The notes beneath the pieces are model-generated. The model was given only the letters and a program-made list of their open reading frames with translations, had not been told where the DNA came from and did no database searches. 64,000 nucleotides of DNA from a virus. Location of the stretch: positions 22,230 through 86,229 of IMG/VR virus record IMGVR_UViG_3300042890_000947. The stretch is one strand, 5' to 3'. Positions 44,106 through 53,803 of the stretch are shown in pieces. A program made the position numbers and the translations under genes. Each line of letters starts with the position of its first letter. Position 1 is the stretch's first letter.

Positions 44106-47100
44106 ATGAAAAAGAAAACTACAGGTGTTGCCTTCTATGGCAAGGTACGTATACCTACTATCGGTCACAAAGCAGCTATTGATCAAGCTAAAGATATAGC
44201 AACCAAGACAAGCGGTAAACTGTCAATAGGTCTTTCTGGTACAGCCGAACCACTTGATATCAAAACCAAGAAATCCCACGCAGAAAAAGTATTCGGTCAT
44301 CCTGTTGATACAGGCACCGAGCATACCAAGACTTTACCTGCTTTCTTATCACATCTCAATAAGCACCATGATCATTTACACCTTGTCGCGGGTTCAGATC
44401 GCGTTGAGGAATACAGGAATTTCCTACAAAAGTATAATGGCAATAAAGACAAGAAGGGCAATATTCCATTCCATTTTAAAAGCTGGCAAGTACATGCTGC
44501 TGGTGGTGAACGCACAGAAAGCGACAAAGATCCTCGCAAGATGAGTCGCGCAGAGCTAACAAGTTCTGTATCTGCTTCCAAACTTGAAAAGTTGGCCAAA
44601 GAAGGCAACTACGAACATTTTAAAGCATATCATCCAGGCATGCCTGAAAGTCATGTTCGTAAGGTATTCAATCAAATCCGCAAACATCACTCCTTAAATG
44701 AAGAAGTAACACGCAAAGAACTGGCACCAATGCTTGATTCTTTTTTGTCGTTTGCGTCTAAGAAACTTGGTATCAAATCTTTACCTGGTGTTAGATATAA
44801 GAGTGATGAAGACGATTACAACTCTTTCGCAGCATATAATCCCTCAAAGAATGAACTATCCATTTCAACAAAGAACAGACATCCAATGGATGTGTTTCGT
44901 TCTATCGCACATGAATTGGTACATCACAAACAAAATGAAGACGGTAAACTTGGCAAAGACATTGCCAAGGAAGGTTCTACTGGTTCGGATATAGAGAATG
45001 AGGCCAATGCCGAAGCAGGTAAGATCATGCGTTGGTTTGCGAAATCTAATCCAGATATGTTTGCTAAAGAACATATCATAGAAGATCATGCTCTAAATCA
45101 TGCTTCTGGTGGTGACATAAGAGGTATGGGATATGTAACAGGTGAAGTCTCTCCTACAGTAACATCACAATATCTTTTACAGAACATAAAAGATACCGAT
45201 AGCATGAAGAAGGTTAATAAGACTCACATTTTAGATACAGGTGAAGGTGATTGGAAAGATGATGAGACTGCTGATGAATATAAGAAAAAAAATCTTCAAG
45301 AAGGTATAAATGATCCAGGCAAATTAAAAGCTATCTTCTTAGCTGGCGGTCCTGGTTCAGGTAAAGATTTCGTAATGAATTCCGTTCTTCGCGGTGAAGG
45401 TCTAAGAGAAGTCAATTCGGATGTTGCTTTTGAATATCTAATGCAAAAGAATGGTCTTGATCTTGAAATGCCAGATGAAGAAAGAGTTGAGCGTGATATC
45501 GTGCGCGGTCGCGCGAAGAACATTACCAAAGAACAAGAAAGACTAGCTCTTTCAGGCCGTCTAGGGCTTATCATTAATGGCACCGCAGACGATTTAGAAA
45601 AGATTAAAACAGTTAAGAGAAATCTCGAGGCTGATGGTTACGAAACTATGATGGTATTCGTAAACACATCAAACGATGTATCGCGTGAGCGTAATGTTGA
45701 ACGCGGCAAACTAGGTAAGCGTAAAGTTCCAGATGGCACTGATAAGCAAGGTATGCCAGACAACTCTTCCGATATTCGTCAAGAGAAGTGGGATCTAGCA
45801 CAAAAGAATATTGGTGAGTTACAAAAGATTTTTGGTAATGAAAAGTTTGCGGTTGTAGATAATACTGCCGATGTTCGTAAAGTATCTCCTGAAGAAAAAG
45901 AAAAGATTCAAACAAACTTCAATCGTGTTCGTCGCATGGCACAACAGTTTGTTCGCGCCGATAATCAAAATCCAGCAGCAAAAGCATGGATTGAAAAAGA
46001 AGCGCAGAAGCGCGGCATCACATATCAAGAACCAAGAGCAAATAAAACTCTCACACAGGTTCGTCAAGAAATTCCAAACGTTGTCCATAAACCAGATAAT
46101 GAGTTGATGGCACAAGCAAGAAAGCTTGGACTATCATACTATGGATTTGGTAGATTTGGTCGCAAAGTAGGAAACGAAAACAAGGTATTATTCCACAGCA
46201 AAGGTGGTAAACTAGTAAGGGTTCAAAACATGAACGAAGAAAAGAAAAAAGGTATTGATGGTAAAGCCTGCTGGAAAGGTTATCGTTATGCTGGCACTAA
46301 GAACAATAAAGATAAATGTGTACCAGTAAGTGAAATGGATAAGACATTTGAAAAGTACATGGAAAAACCATCGAATAGAGAGATTGGTACGGATTCTTTA
46401 GCTCAAATTTATAAGTCTATGACTCCTGGTCAAAACTGTGTATCAGAAAATAAGAAAATTAAAGCTGTTAGAAAGAAGTTAGCTCAAGAAGACAATAACA
46501 TTCCACGCGGTGGATTACCAATTGGTAATGGTTTAGGACAAGAAGTTAATGTTTCTAAAGCGCCAGGTTTCTATATGGGCTTTGCTAACGTGGGTAACTC
46601 TGTATATGAAGCAACACAGTCTATTCAAGAATGGGCATTAAATCCAAAAACACAACAGAAGTTTGCCGATAAGTATGGCAATCTTGCTGAAGAAAAACTT
46701 ATTGAGGCTGCATTAAAGCTTGAAGCATGTGGTTGTGGCAATATGCCATCTGAATCAAAGAAATCTTTGAAAAAGATCAAAGAAATGGCATTTGCTGCCG
46801 CTTCATCTGGTAAAGATCCTACAGAAAAAGAAGGCGAAAAACCAGGCAGTGTTCCTGTTCAGGCTGAAGAAGTAATGTCTAAAGCACAAATTAAAAAGAG
46901 AAATGAAATTGCTGACGCTATAAAAAGAGAAAATCCTGAATATTCTGACAAAAAGAAGTTTAGTATTGCTACAGCACAGGCTATGAAAGAAAAACAGATA
47001 GAAGAAAATGTAGACAAAGCCAAAATGAAATGTAACGCGCCTCGTGCTGACAGTCATAATGGTAAATCACACGTAGTCAAAGCTTGTTTTGATGGTAAAG

Positions 47101-47246
47101 AAAAAGTTATTCGTTTTGGTCAAGCTGGTGTACAAGGTTCACCAGATGGAACAGATCGTAATAAAAGATTTAAAACTCGCCATGCAAAGAACATTGCTAA
47201 AGGTCCAAAGTCCGCAGCATATTGGGCCAACAAAGTAAAGTGGTAA
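44106..47246 (+). CDS. Multi-domain protein: cytidyltransferase-like + zincin + P-loop kinase + small modules
   Basis: PTIGH, VAGSDRV, SASK; HELVHHKQ..ENEAN; LAGGPGSGKD; CWKGY; RFGQ..FKTRH..SAAYWA. Confidence 0.75.
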   Translation: MKKKTTGVAFYGKVRIPTIGHKAAIDQAKDIATKTSGKLSIGLSGTAEPLDIKTKKSHAEKVFGHPVDTGTEHTKTLPAFLSHLNKHHDHLHLVAGSDRVEEYRNFLQKYNGNKDKKGNIPFHFKSWQVHAAGGERTESDKDPRKMSRAELTSSVSASKLEKLAKEGNYEHFKAYHPGMPESHVRKVFNQIRKHHSLNEEVTRKELAPMLDSFLSFASKKLGIKSLPGVRYKSDEDDYNSFAAYNPSKNELSISTKNRHPMDVFRSIAHELVHHKQNEDGKLGKDIAKEGSTGSDIENEANAEAGKIMRWFAKSNPDMFAKEHIIEDHALNHASGGDIRGMGYVTGEVSPTVTSQYLLQNIKDTDSMKKVNKTHILDTGEGDWKDDETADEYKKKNLQEGINDPGKLKAIFLAGGPGSGKDFVMNSVLRGEGLREVNSDVAFEYLMQKNGLDLEMPDEERVERDIVRGRAKNITKEQERLALSGRLGLIINGTADDLEKIKTVKRNLEADGYETMMVFVNTSNDVSRERNVERGKLGKRKVPDGTDKQGMPDNSSDIRQEKWDLAQKNIGELQKIFGNEKFAVVDNTADVRKVSPEEKEKIQTNFNRVRRMAQQFVRADNQNPAAKAWIEKEAQKRGITYQEPRANKTLTQVRQEIPNVVHKPDNELMAQARKLGLSYYGFGRFGRKVGNENKVLFHSKGGKLVRVQNMNEEKKKGIDGKACWKGYRYAGTKNNKDKCVPVSEMDKTFEKYMEKPSNREIGTDSLAQIYKSMTPGQNCVSENKKIKAVRKKLAQEDNNIPRGGLPIGNGLGQEVNVSKAPGFYMGFANVGNSVYEATQSIQEWALNPKTQQKFADKYGNLAEEKLIEAALKLEACGCGNMPSESKKSLKKIKEMAFAAASSGKDPTEKEGEKPGSVPVQAEEVMSKAQIKKRNEIADAIKRENPEYSDKKKFSIATAQAMKEKQIEENVDKAKMKCNAPRADSHNGKSHVVKACFDGKEKVIRFGQAGVQGSPDGTDRNKRFKTRHAKNIAKGPKSAAYWANKVKW

Positions 47247-47286
47247 TTTTCATAAATACAATTAAACCTAAAAGGAATTAAAAAAA

Positions 47287-48243
47287 ATGCTTAACAATAA
47301 AGATCCATTAATCGCAGCAGTTCAAAAAGTTATGCAAGATAGCTACGCTGAACGTAATGCTGTAAAAGTTGTAAACGAAAAGTTTGGTGTGGTAGACCGT
47401 AGAGTTCTTCCACATGAGCGTCAAGGTGAATGGGATGCTGCTTATAAGGCTGTATTAACAGAAGGTGTAAAAGCACTTGATGAAAAACTTTCTCCTGCTC
47501 AAAAGCATCACATGGATGTTGACGATGACAACGATATTGATTCTAAAGATTTGGAAATGAAGCGCATGGGAATGAAAGAAGCTAATATTGACACAGTTGG
47601 TAAAGGCGAAAATGAAGGCGGTTCTGCTGTAACAACAGTTAAGCCAAAAGCAACTTCCGTCAACAGTCAAGATCAAAGAAAATTAAAGGATCTAATTGTC
47701 AAGAAAGCTATGACCATTAAAGAAGCCAAAAAGGCAGCTACATTGGAATCAATTCAGGAAGAAATTTCAAACAATCTGGCCGAACAAGCTGCCAGCATCT
47801 ACGAAAGTGAAGGACAGGAAGGTCTGGATATTTTCCTAGAGTCGCTATCAGAAGAGCAGATGGAACTTCTTCAAATAAATGAACGCGCACCCGGTGGGTT
47901 TGTTCAAGCAATGCAAAAGACAGCACAAGCTAAAGAAACTACTGCCAAGCTGAATGCTCCTGGAGCAAAAGGTCCAAATGCGGCTGCTGGATATTCTCCT
48001 GCTCGACCACAAGTTGCTGCTAAAGCCACAGGAACAAGCAAAGCTATTCAGAATTTGAATACACATTCAGCTTCAAATCCGCAGCCTGCTAAGAAGGCTA
48101 CAGTTAAACCAAAGCCAAAGCCAGCTGCACCAGCTCCAAAAGCTGCCGCACCTAAAGCTGCTTCTGCTCCAGCTCCAAAAGTTACAGCAAAGCCAAAAAG
48201 ACCACTATCTAGAACTGAAAGAGATGACGGCGGCAGAAGATAA
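47287..48243 (+). CDS. Probable internal head/scaffold-type protein
   Basis: CATAAATA upstream; EF-hand-like DVDDDNDIDSKD; LxE sites; Ala/Pro/Lys tail. Confidence 0.55.
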   Translation: MLNNKDPLIAAVQKVMQDSYAERNAVKVVNEKFGVVDRRVLPHERQGEWDAAYKAVLTEGVKALDEKLSPAQKHHMDVDDDNDIDSKDLEMKRMGMKEANIDTVGKGENEGGSAVTTVKPKATSVNSQDQRKLKDLIVKKAMTIKEAKKAATLESIQEEISNNLAEQAASIYESEGQEGLDIFLESLSEEQMELLQINERAPGGFVQAMQKTAQAKETTAKLNAPGAKGPNAAAGYSPARPQVAAKATGTSKAIQNLNTHSASNPQPAKKATVKPKPKPAAPAPKAAAPKAASAPAPKVTAKPKRPLSRTERDDGGRR

Positions 48244-48247
48244 GATA

Positions 48248-49576
48248 ATGGCAAAAAGTCTTATAGAAACATATAAAACTTTAAAAGAGGCTGGCGGCGC
48301 GTCTGGAGGATTTGTTCAGGCAATGCAAAAGAAAGCCGCAGGATCAGGTGCAGCTCAGGCTGCACCTGTTAAACCAGCAGCCTCTGCGCCAACTCAAACT
48401 TCTGGTCCAAATAGACCACCTCCTGGCGGTTTTATATCTCCTCAAGCTGCGATGAAAGCTGGTCAAAATTTTAATGTAGGATCAACGGGCGGTGTAGTAT
48501 CTAGACCTGCTGCACCAGGTAAAACTCCAACGCTTGATAGAACTATACCAAAGAGTCCTGTCTATCCTAATAAAGGTATGGCAGGATCTCCTATTGATCA
48601 AACCCAAGGTGCTCGTCCAGAAGTAGGTCGCGATTATCGTCTCAATAAAATGAGACAGAATCCACCTGCTTTAGATACTAAAAGAGATTCTGCTTTAGAT
48701 CAACCTACAACTCAATCTCCAATGGCAAGAGCGACGAATCCAAACATTGGTGGTGCTGCCGGCGGTAATTACAAAGCCGCTCAGACACCTTCTGTTACAG
48801 CTACTGGAAATCCAAACGCTGCTGGCGGTACTGTACCTGTTAAACCAGGAACACCACCAAAGCCTACGCCTAAACCTGCAACAACAGCTTCACAAACACA
48901 GACAAAAAAACCAGGTGTTGTTCAAAAGCCAAATGTTATTGTTAAACCTGCTGGAAAATCTCAGAGTGCTGGAACACAGAATAACATGACTCCCGCACAA
49001 AGAGCGCAACAGAATAGACAGGTTGAAAGAGGCAATTCAAACAAAAAGCTTATCGGTCTTGGAGTTAAAACAGGAAAAGTTACAAGAAATGCCGCAAATT
49101 CTAAGCGACCAATTGGATCATCTCAACTAAAAGAAGGTGTAATGAATAACAAACAACTTGCCGAAATAGTAAAGCAGATCAGAGAGAAAAAACTTTTGGA
49201 AATAATTGGTAAACCAGGACCTTTTGATCCTGTTCATCCTGAAGGCAAACAGGATTCTGGTAGTCCTAATCAATATGCTCATCGTAAAAAATCTGTAGCG
49301 GAAGCTCACGGACCTTTAGTCAAAGGTGGTCAACAAGGTAAAGGATATCTTGGTGGCAAAGCACTAGTAAAGAGAAGTGAAGGTCAGAAAATGCGAGGCA
49401 ATCAAAATGTTTATGGACGTAACACTATCACTATGGGTGAACAAGATGAAGAAGATTTAGGACCAACTGAAACAGGTCAAACAGGCAAGAAAACCGAAAA
49501 AGTTACAGTAAATCCAAAAGATACTACTTTTTCCGCTAGAAATTCAACAAATATCAAAGAAATCAAGGAGAAGTAA
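48248..49576 (+). CDS. Low-complexity Pro/Ala/Gly/Lys-rich late protein
   Basis: Disordered composition; LKE sites; shares GGFVQAMQK with preceding gene. Confidence 0.55.
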   Translation: MAKSLIETYKTLKEAGGASGGFVQAMQKKAAGSGAAQAAPVKPAASAPTQTSGPNRPPPGGFISPQAAMKAGQNFNVGSTGGVVSRPAAPGKTPTLDRTIPKSPVYPNKGMAGSPIDQTQGARPEVGRDYRLNKMRQNPPALDTKRDSALDQPTTQSPMARATNPNIGGAAGGNYKAAQTPSVTATGNPNAAGGTVPVKPGTPPKPTPKPATTASQTQTKKPGVVQKPNVIVKPAGKSQSAGTQNNMTPAQRAQQNRQVERGNSNKKLIGLGVKTGKVTRNAANSKRPIGSSQLKEGVMNNKQLAEIVKQIREKKLLEIIGKPGPFDPVHPEGKQDSGSPNQYAHRKKSVAEAHGPLVKGGQQGKGYLGGKALVKRSEGQKMRGNQNVYGRNTITMGEQDEEDLGPTETGQTGKKTEKVTVNPKDTTFSARNSTNIKEIKEK

Positions 49577-49577
49577 A

Positions 49578-50114
49578 ATGCCACTATGGGGTAAATCAGA
49601 TAATGCTACAGGTAATAATAAGCCAAAGTATGCTAACGTAGCAAGTACAATGGGCGTATCTGTAACAGAAAAATCAAACACACAGGCTATTGCTGCTGGT
49701 AATATTCCGCCACACTCTGGTTGGGTAAAGCAGACACTAGGTACTGGTGGTGTAGCAACAATTACCATCTCAGGTGGTGGTACAGGCATCAACGCAGCAG
49801 GATTCTTAACAATCTCTGGTGGTGGTGGAGCAAATGCTAACGCATCATACACAACAGCAAATTCGCAGAATACACTACAGTCATACTCAACAAATCCTGC
49901 TTGGAATGTAGTAGCTTCTGTTGTTCTTAACAACCCAGGCACAGGATATACATCTACACCAACAGTAACATATGTTGGCGCAAATATATCTCGTCCAACA
50001 TTTACCGCTACAATGAGCGGTCGTACTGGTCGTAAGTTCTATGAGACTCTTGTTGCTACTGGAACAATTACTGACGACGATACTGCTGACAATACATACT
50101 TCCCTGGAACTTAA
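49578..50114 (+). CDS. Virion structural protein
   Basis: MPLWG start, HSGWV, GTGYTSTPTVT, R..YETLVA. Confidence 0.65.
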   Translation: MPLWGKSDNATGNNKPKYANVASTMGVSVTEKSNTQAIAAGNIPPHSGWVKQTLGTGGVATITISGGGTGINAAGFLTISGGGGANANASYTTANSQNTLQSYSTNPAWNVVASVVLNNPGTGYTSTPTVTYVGANISRPTFTATMSGRTGRKFYETLVATGTITDDDTADNTYFPGT

Positions 50115-50117
50115 TAG

Positions 50118-50777
50118 ATGAAGAAATTTAAAGAATTTCTCAGTGAAGAGATGATGCCCTTTGCTCAAACCGAGAAGGGCTTTGTAGGCGTAGATAATGG
50201 ACCTGTTAGAGATAACATTAACATTCATCTAGCGTCCGTAACTGCTAGACCACATGCGACTCCATACCACGCTTTGGAAATGGTTCGCAAGGTTTTAGCA
50301 CCATTCAGTATATTTCCACCTCAGACAAATTTCTTAGATGGGGATTCGGGTCATGAAGTTTTTCCAATCAGTCAGTTTGGAAACAAGATGGGTATGACAA
50401 ATGATGGAACAGTAGTTGTAAAGAACTATGATCCATATTACGTATACTTTGAGTATCAAATGAATGATAGAGGTTCATTTGATATCTTCTGTGAGATCGT
50501 GGAAGAGAGTGAACTCCAAGAAATTTTAGATGATATGGAATCTGAAATGGAAGATGGAGAAACATCAGACGGCGATGAGGCCGATGCCGAAGATTCATTT
50601 GATTCATACAAGGCTGGCAATGATCTAAAAGAAGACAAAGATCCTTGCTGGGATAACTATGAGATGATTGGTATGAAGAAGAAGGGCGGCCGTAAAGTTC
50701 CTAATTGTGTGCCAAAAAATGAAAGTATTGATGTGGCTAAACTAGTTAAAAAGGCAATGGCAAAAAAGAATAAATGA
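50118..50777 (+). CDS. Hypothetical late protein
   Basis: MKKFKEFLSEE leader; DPCWDNY..VPNCVPK module. Confidence 0.6.
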   Translation: MKKFKEFLSEEMMPFAQTEKGFVGVDNGPVRDNINIHLASVTARPHATPYHALEMVRKVLAPFSIFPPQTNFLDGDSGHEVFPISQFGNKMGMTNDGTVVVKNYDPYYVYFEYQMNDRGSFDIFCEIVEESELQEILDDMESEMEDGETSDGDEADAEDSFDSYKAGNDLKEDKDPCWDNYEMIGMKKKGGRKVPNCVPKNESIDVAKLVKKAMAKKNK

Positions 50778-51160
50778 TTGAAAACTTAAATGATGATAAC
50801 TTTATCATTTATGCAATGAAAGCCTACGATAGACCAAATTGTATAATGAGTGAATTTGAGGAAGACTTAAGTAGAATTAAGTATGTAAAGAGACTTATCA
50901 AAAGATACAAGACTACGGGTGAGCTAAAGGAAAGATTGATACTCAACCACATTATCGTTCTATCAAATGTGTTTGGAATTGAACCCTCTGCTAGAATGTT
51001 GTTCTTTAAGATTGATAAGGAAGACTACGATATACTGAAAACTTTTCTACTGTTTTTGAACTTTATGCCACGACATATCAATGGTATTAGTGGTAATCAT
51101 TATAATTCAGCAGATATTGGAGTAGATGTATTCGTCGGTAGCAGACTTAATAAACTATAG
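50774..51160 (+). CDS. Conserved T4-like hypothetical protein
   Basis: EFEEDLSRIKYVKRL..LKERLILNH..NVFG. Confidence 0.75.
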   Translation: MIENLNDDNFIIYAMKAYDRPNCIMSEFEEDLSRIKYVKRLIKRYKTTGELKERLILNHIIVLSNVFGIEPSARMLFFKIDKEDYDILKTFLLFLNFMPRHINGISGNHYNSADIGVDVFVGSRLNKL

Positions 51161-51188
51161 AGTTATTCATATGATGGCTGACATAGCC

Positions 51189-51217
51189 TTTATACCACGT
51201 TGTCAATAGAAAGTCAA
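51189..51217 (-). promoter_or_regulatory. Antisense sigma70 promoter
   Basis: Minus strand TTGACT-N17-TATAAA with TG extension. Confidence 0.6.
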
Positions 51218-51224
51218 GAGAAAA

Positions 51225-51557
51225 ATGAAGTTGAATGAAATGGATGTAAGCGCAATCGCAGGAACAGGTGATAGTAGATTGTCTCCAGATCAAAGAGAGC
51301 CCGGTCTAACTAAACCAACGCGACCGCCCGCTCGTCGTGGAAAGATGTTTGGGCGAGAAACATTTATCGTTTCTTCTTCCACTTTCAATTCAATAAAACA
51401 CCAAAAGAAAAAGGGTATGCATTGGAAAAGATATCTTGAAGAAGATGATGCTTATTATGACCTAAGAGAGTATGCCCGAAAGAAAAGAAAAGGTCCAATA
51501 ATTGTAGAGGACGAAAGAACAGGCGCCTGTATGTATGTGCGCTATGGAGATATATGA
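51225..51557 (+). CDS. Hypothetical protein
   Basis: IIVEDERTGACMYVRYG C-term. Confidence 0.6.
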   Translation: MKLNEMDVSAIAGTGDSRLSPDQREPGLTKPTRPPARRGKMFGRETFIVSSSTFNSIKHQKKKGMHWKRYLEEDDAYYDLREYARKKRKGPIIVEDERTGACMYVRYGDI

Positions 51558-51558
51558 A

Positions 51559-52080
51559 ATGACAAAATGGCCATTACAACGCGAATGTGATTCCTTCTAT
51601 GGTAATCCACGCGGCAAGAATGTAACACAACCATCAGCGAAGTGGGAATCGGAATATCTGGTATTTTTTAAACCACCATTCCGTATTACATATGCTGGCA
51701 AACATGTAGCACAATTCAAAGTGAACAAGAATTGTCTGGTTGGATTCCAAGAAGCATTCAACAACTTGCTCAAGGCCGCAGGCGGTAAGCAAAAGACTTT
51801 AGACCACTGGGGCGTATCTACCTTTGCTGGTTGTTATAACTATCGCTTGATGCGTGGCGGTAACAGTCTATCGATGCACTCATGGGGTTGTGCTATCGAC
51901 CTCGATCCGGCTAACAATTCACTCTCAGATAATACTCCACGTTTTGCTCAGTTTCCAGAAGTTCTGGATGCTTGGGCTAAAACAGGTGCAGTTTGGGGTG
52001 GTGATTGGAACGGCAACAAGAATACACTAGACGAGCGCCGCTGTGACGGTATGCACTGGCAGTTTGCTAGATTGAGATGA
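51559..52080 (+). CDS. Endolysin, M15 family peptidase
   Basis: YNYR, SMHSWGCAIDLD, WGGDW, DGMHWQ. Confidence 0.88.
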   Translation: MTKWPLQRECDSFYGNPRGKNVTQPSAKWESEYLVFFKPPFRITYAGKHVAQFKVNKNCLVGFQEAFNNLLKAAGGKQKTLDHWGVSTFAGCYNYRLMRGGNSLSMHSWGCAIDLDPANNSLSDNTPRFAQFPEVLDAWAKTGAVWGGDWNGNKNTLDERRCDGMHWQFARLR

Positions 52081-52376
52081 CAGAATCTCCTTGGCTGAAG
52101 ACATATTGGAGACCGGCAATTGCATGGCAGTATTTAATTGTATGCGTTTGCGACTTCATTATATTTCCTTCAGTCTATATGTATATTGTTAGAGAGCCGT
52201 GGGATCCTATTACACTAAAAGAAGGTGGATTCTATCATCTGGCCATGGCAGCAATTATAGGTGTTGCCGCATGGACAAGAGGTCAAGAAAAGATTGTACA
52301 GTTGATGGATGGCAGTGAAGAAGTGCAGAAGACAACTACAACCATGACGCCTACACAGACTAAACGAGGTAAATAA
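52077..52376 (+). CDS. Holin-like membrane protein
   Basis: WRPAIAW, TM helices, adjacent to endolysin. Confidence 0.65.
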   Translation: MTESPWLKTYWRPAIAWQYLIVCVCDFIIFPSVYMYIVREPWDPITLKEGGFYHLAMAAIIGVAAWTRGQEKIVQLMDGSEEVQKTTTTMTPTQTKRGK

Positions 52377-52954
52377 TGTTAGCAATTTTATCCTTACTAT
52401 CACCGTTTTTTGGTATTTTGGGAAGTCTTTTACCTTCCGTTGTGAAAATATTTGAGCGTAAGCAGGAGATTAAATATGAACTTGATATGGCAAAGATCAC
52501 GGCCGAAGCAGGCAAGTACACTGCCGAAGTACAGTATGACATTGAGGCTATCAAGGCTAATTCTGTCGAGAGACAATCTCTTTATGATCATGATAAGTCT
52601 CTTGATGGTGGAAAGTTTATTAACGCACTACGCGCTTCTATTCGCCCCATCATCACTTATTCATTCTTTCTTCTTTTCGTTACAGTAAAAGTCGCAGCCG
52701 CGTATGTGATGATTGTAAATGGTCAAGATATCCCAACTATGCTTGACGCTGTATGGGACGTTGATACAATGTCTCTATTCTCAACCATAATCGCATTTTG
52801 GTTTGGTAGTCGTGTTATGGAAAGACAAAGCAGAATCAACGCTGTTGTTTCTTCAGCCCAACCACAAATCATAGTCAAAACCAAAGTAGCATCACAATCA
52901 CAACCAACTCCATTAAAGCCAAAAAGACCGGCAGGAATGGGAAGAGATAAATAA
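52376..52954 (+). CDS. 3TM holin-like membrane protein
   Basis: LRASIRPIITY, IIAFWFGSR. Confidence 0.6.
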   Translation: MLAILSLLSPFFGILGSLLPSVVKIFERKQEIKYELDMAKITAEAGKYTAEVQYDIEAIKANSVERQSLYDHDKSLDGGKFINALRASIRPIITYSFFLLFVTVKVAAAYVMIVNGQDIPTMLDAVWDVDTMSLFSTIIAFWFGSRVMERQSRINAVVSSAQPQIIVKTKVASQSQPTPLKPKRPAGMGRDK

Positions 52955-52977
52955 AAATAATATAGGAGTGCTTTGAA

Positions 52978-53451
52978 GTGTCTGAACAAGAAATTAAAGT
53001 TGATATTGAATTACTGAAAAAAGATGTGGTTACAATGTCTGCTTTGTTAGAAAAGTTCGACACTACGATTGACAAGATGCAAGAGATTGCATCCAGCCTT
53101 TCTAGAATGGTATCTTTGCAAGAGCAGAGACTTGAGAACCAAGAAAAAACAACCGCGGAAATGCAGAGTGTTCTAGAGATGAGAAGAATAGAAACAAACA
53201 ACAACATCAAAGATATTTACAATCGTATTAATACCGTAAACAAAGATTTAACGGACAAGATTGAAAACACAGAAAAGACAATCTTGGCCGAATTACAAAA
53301 GTTAAGACAAGAGATTCAAAAAGAAGATACCGGAATCTCTCGTCGCCTTGGACAAATTGAGATATGGAAATATGGCGCAGCGGCCATCATTACATTCTTG
53401 ATGTTCCTAATAGCAAACAACGCAATCAATATCAGCAAACTATTCGAATAA
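52978..53451 (+). CDS. Coiled-coil protein with C-terminal TM
   Basis: Heptad pattern; IEIWKY + TM. Confidence 0.6.
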   Translation: MSEQEIKVDIELLKKDVVTMSALLEKFDTTIDKMQEIASSLSRMVSLQEQRLENQEKTTAEMQSVLEMRRIETNNNIKDIYNRINTVNKDLTDKIENTEKTILAELQKLRQEIQKEDTGISRRLGQIEIWKYGAAAIITFLMFLIANNAINISKLFE

Positions 53452-53462
53452 GGTAAATCAAA

Positions 53463-53744
53463 ATGGACATTAAAGAAAGTTTTCAAATAAAACTAAACGA
53501 ACTTCGTGAACCAAAAAAACCATCAAAAGAACGTGAAAAAGATGTGATTGATACCGCAAAGAAACATTCTTATAAAGATTATGATAAGGCACACGAAAAA
53601 AATGTTGAGGCTAGAAAAAAACACATTCGTAATAAAAAGCCAGAATCGAGAGATGAGGTAGACCACACGGAAGATGATCGTGTTAAAAAAGGTAAGCGTG
53701 CCAGAATACTTCAAAGAAAAAGTGAAAAGCTTAAAGAAAAGTAA
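53463..53744 (+). CDS. Highly charged hypothetical protein
   Basis: Lys/Glu/Arg-rich ORF with RBS. Confidence 0.5.
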   Translation: MDIKESFQIKLNELREPKKPSKEREKDVIDTAKKHSYKDYDKAHEKNVEARKKHIRNKKPESRDEVDHTEDDRVKKGKRARILQRKSEKLKEK

Positions 53745-53803
53745 TCGTTTGACTTTTTAAATCCACCTGATATAATGCCATCTATGTAACATTAGGTGGC
53801 ATT

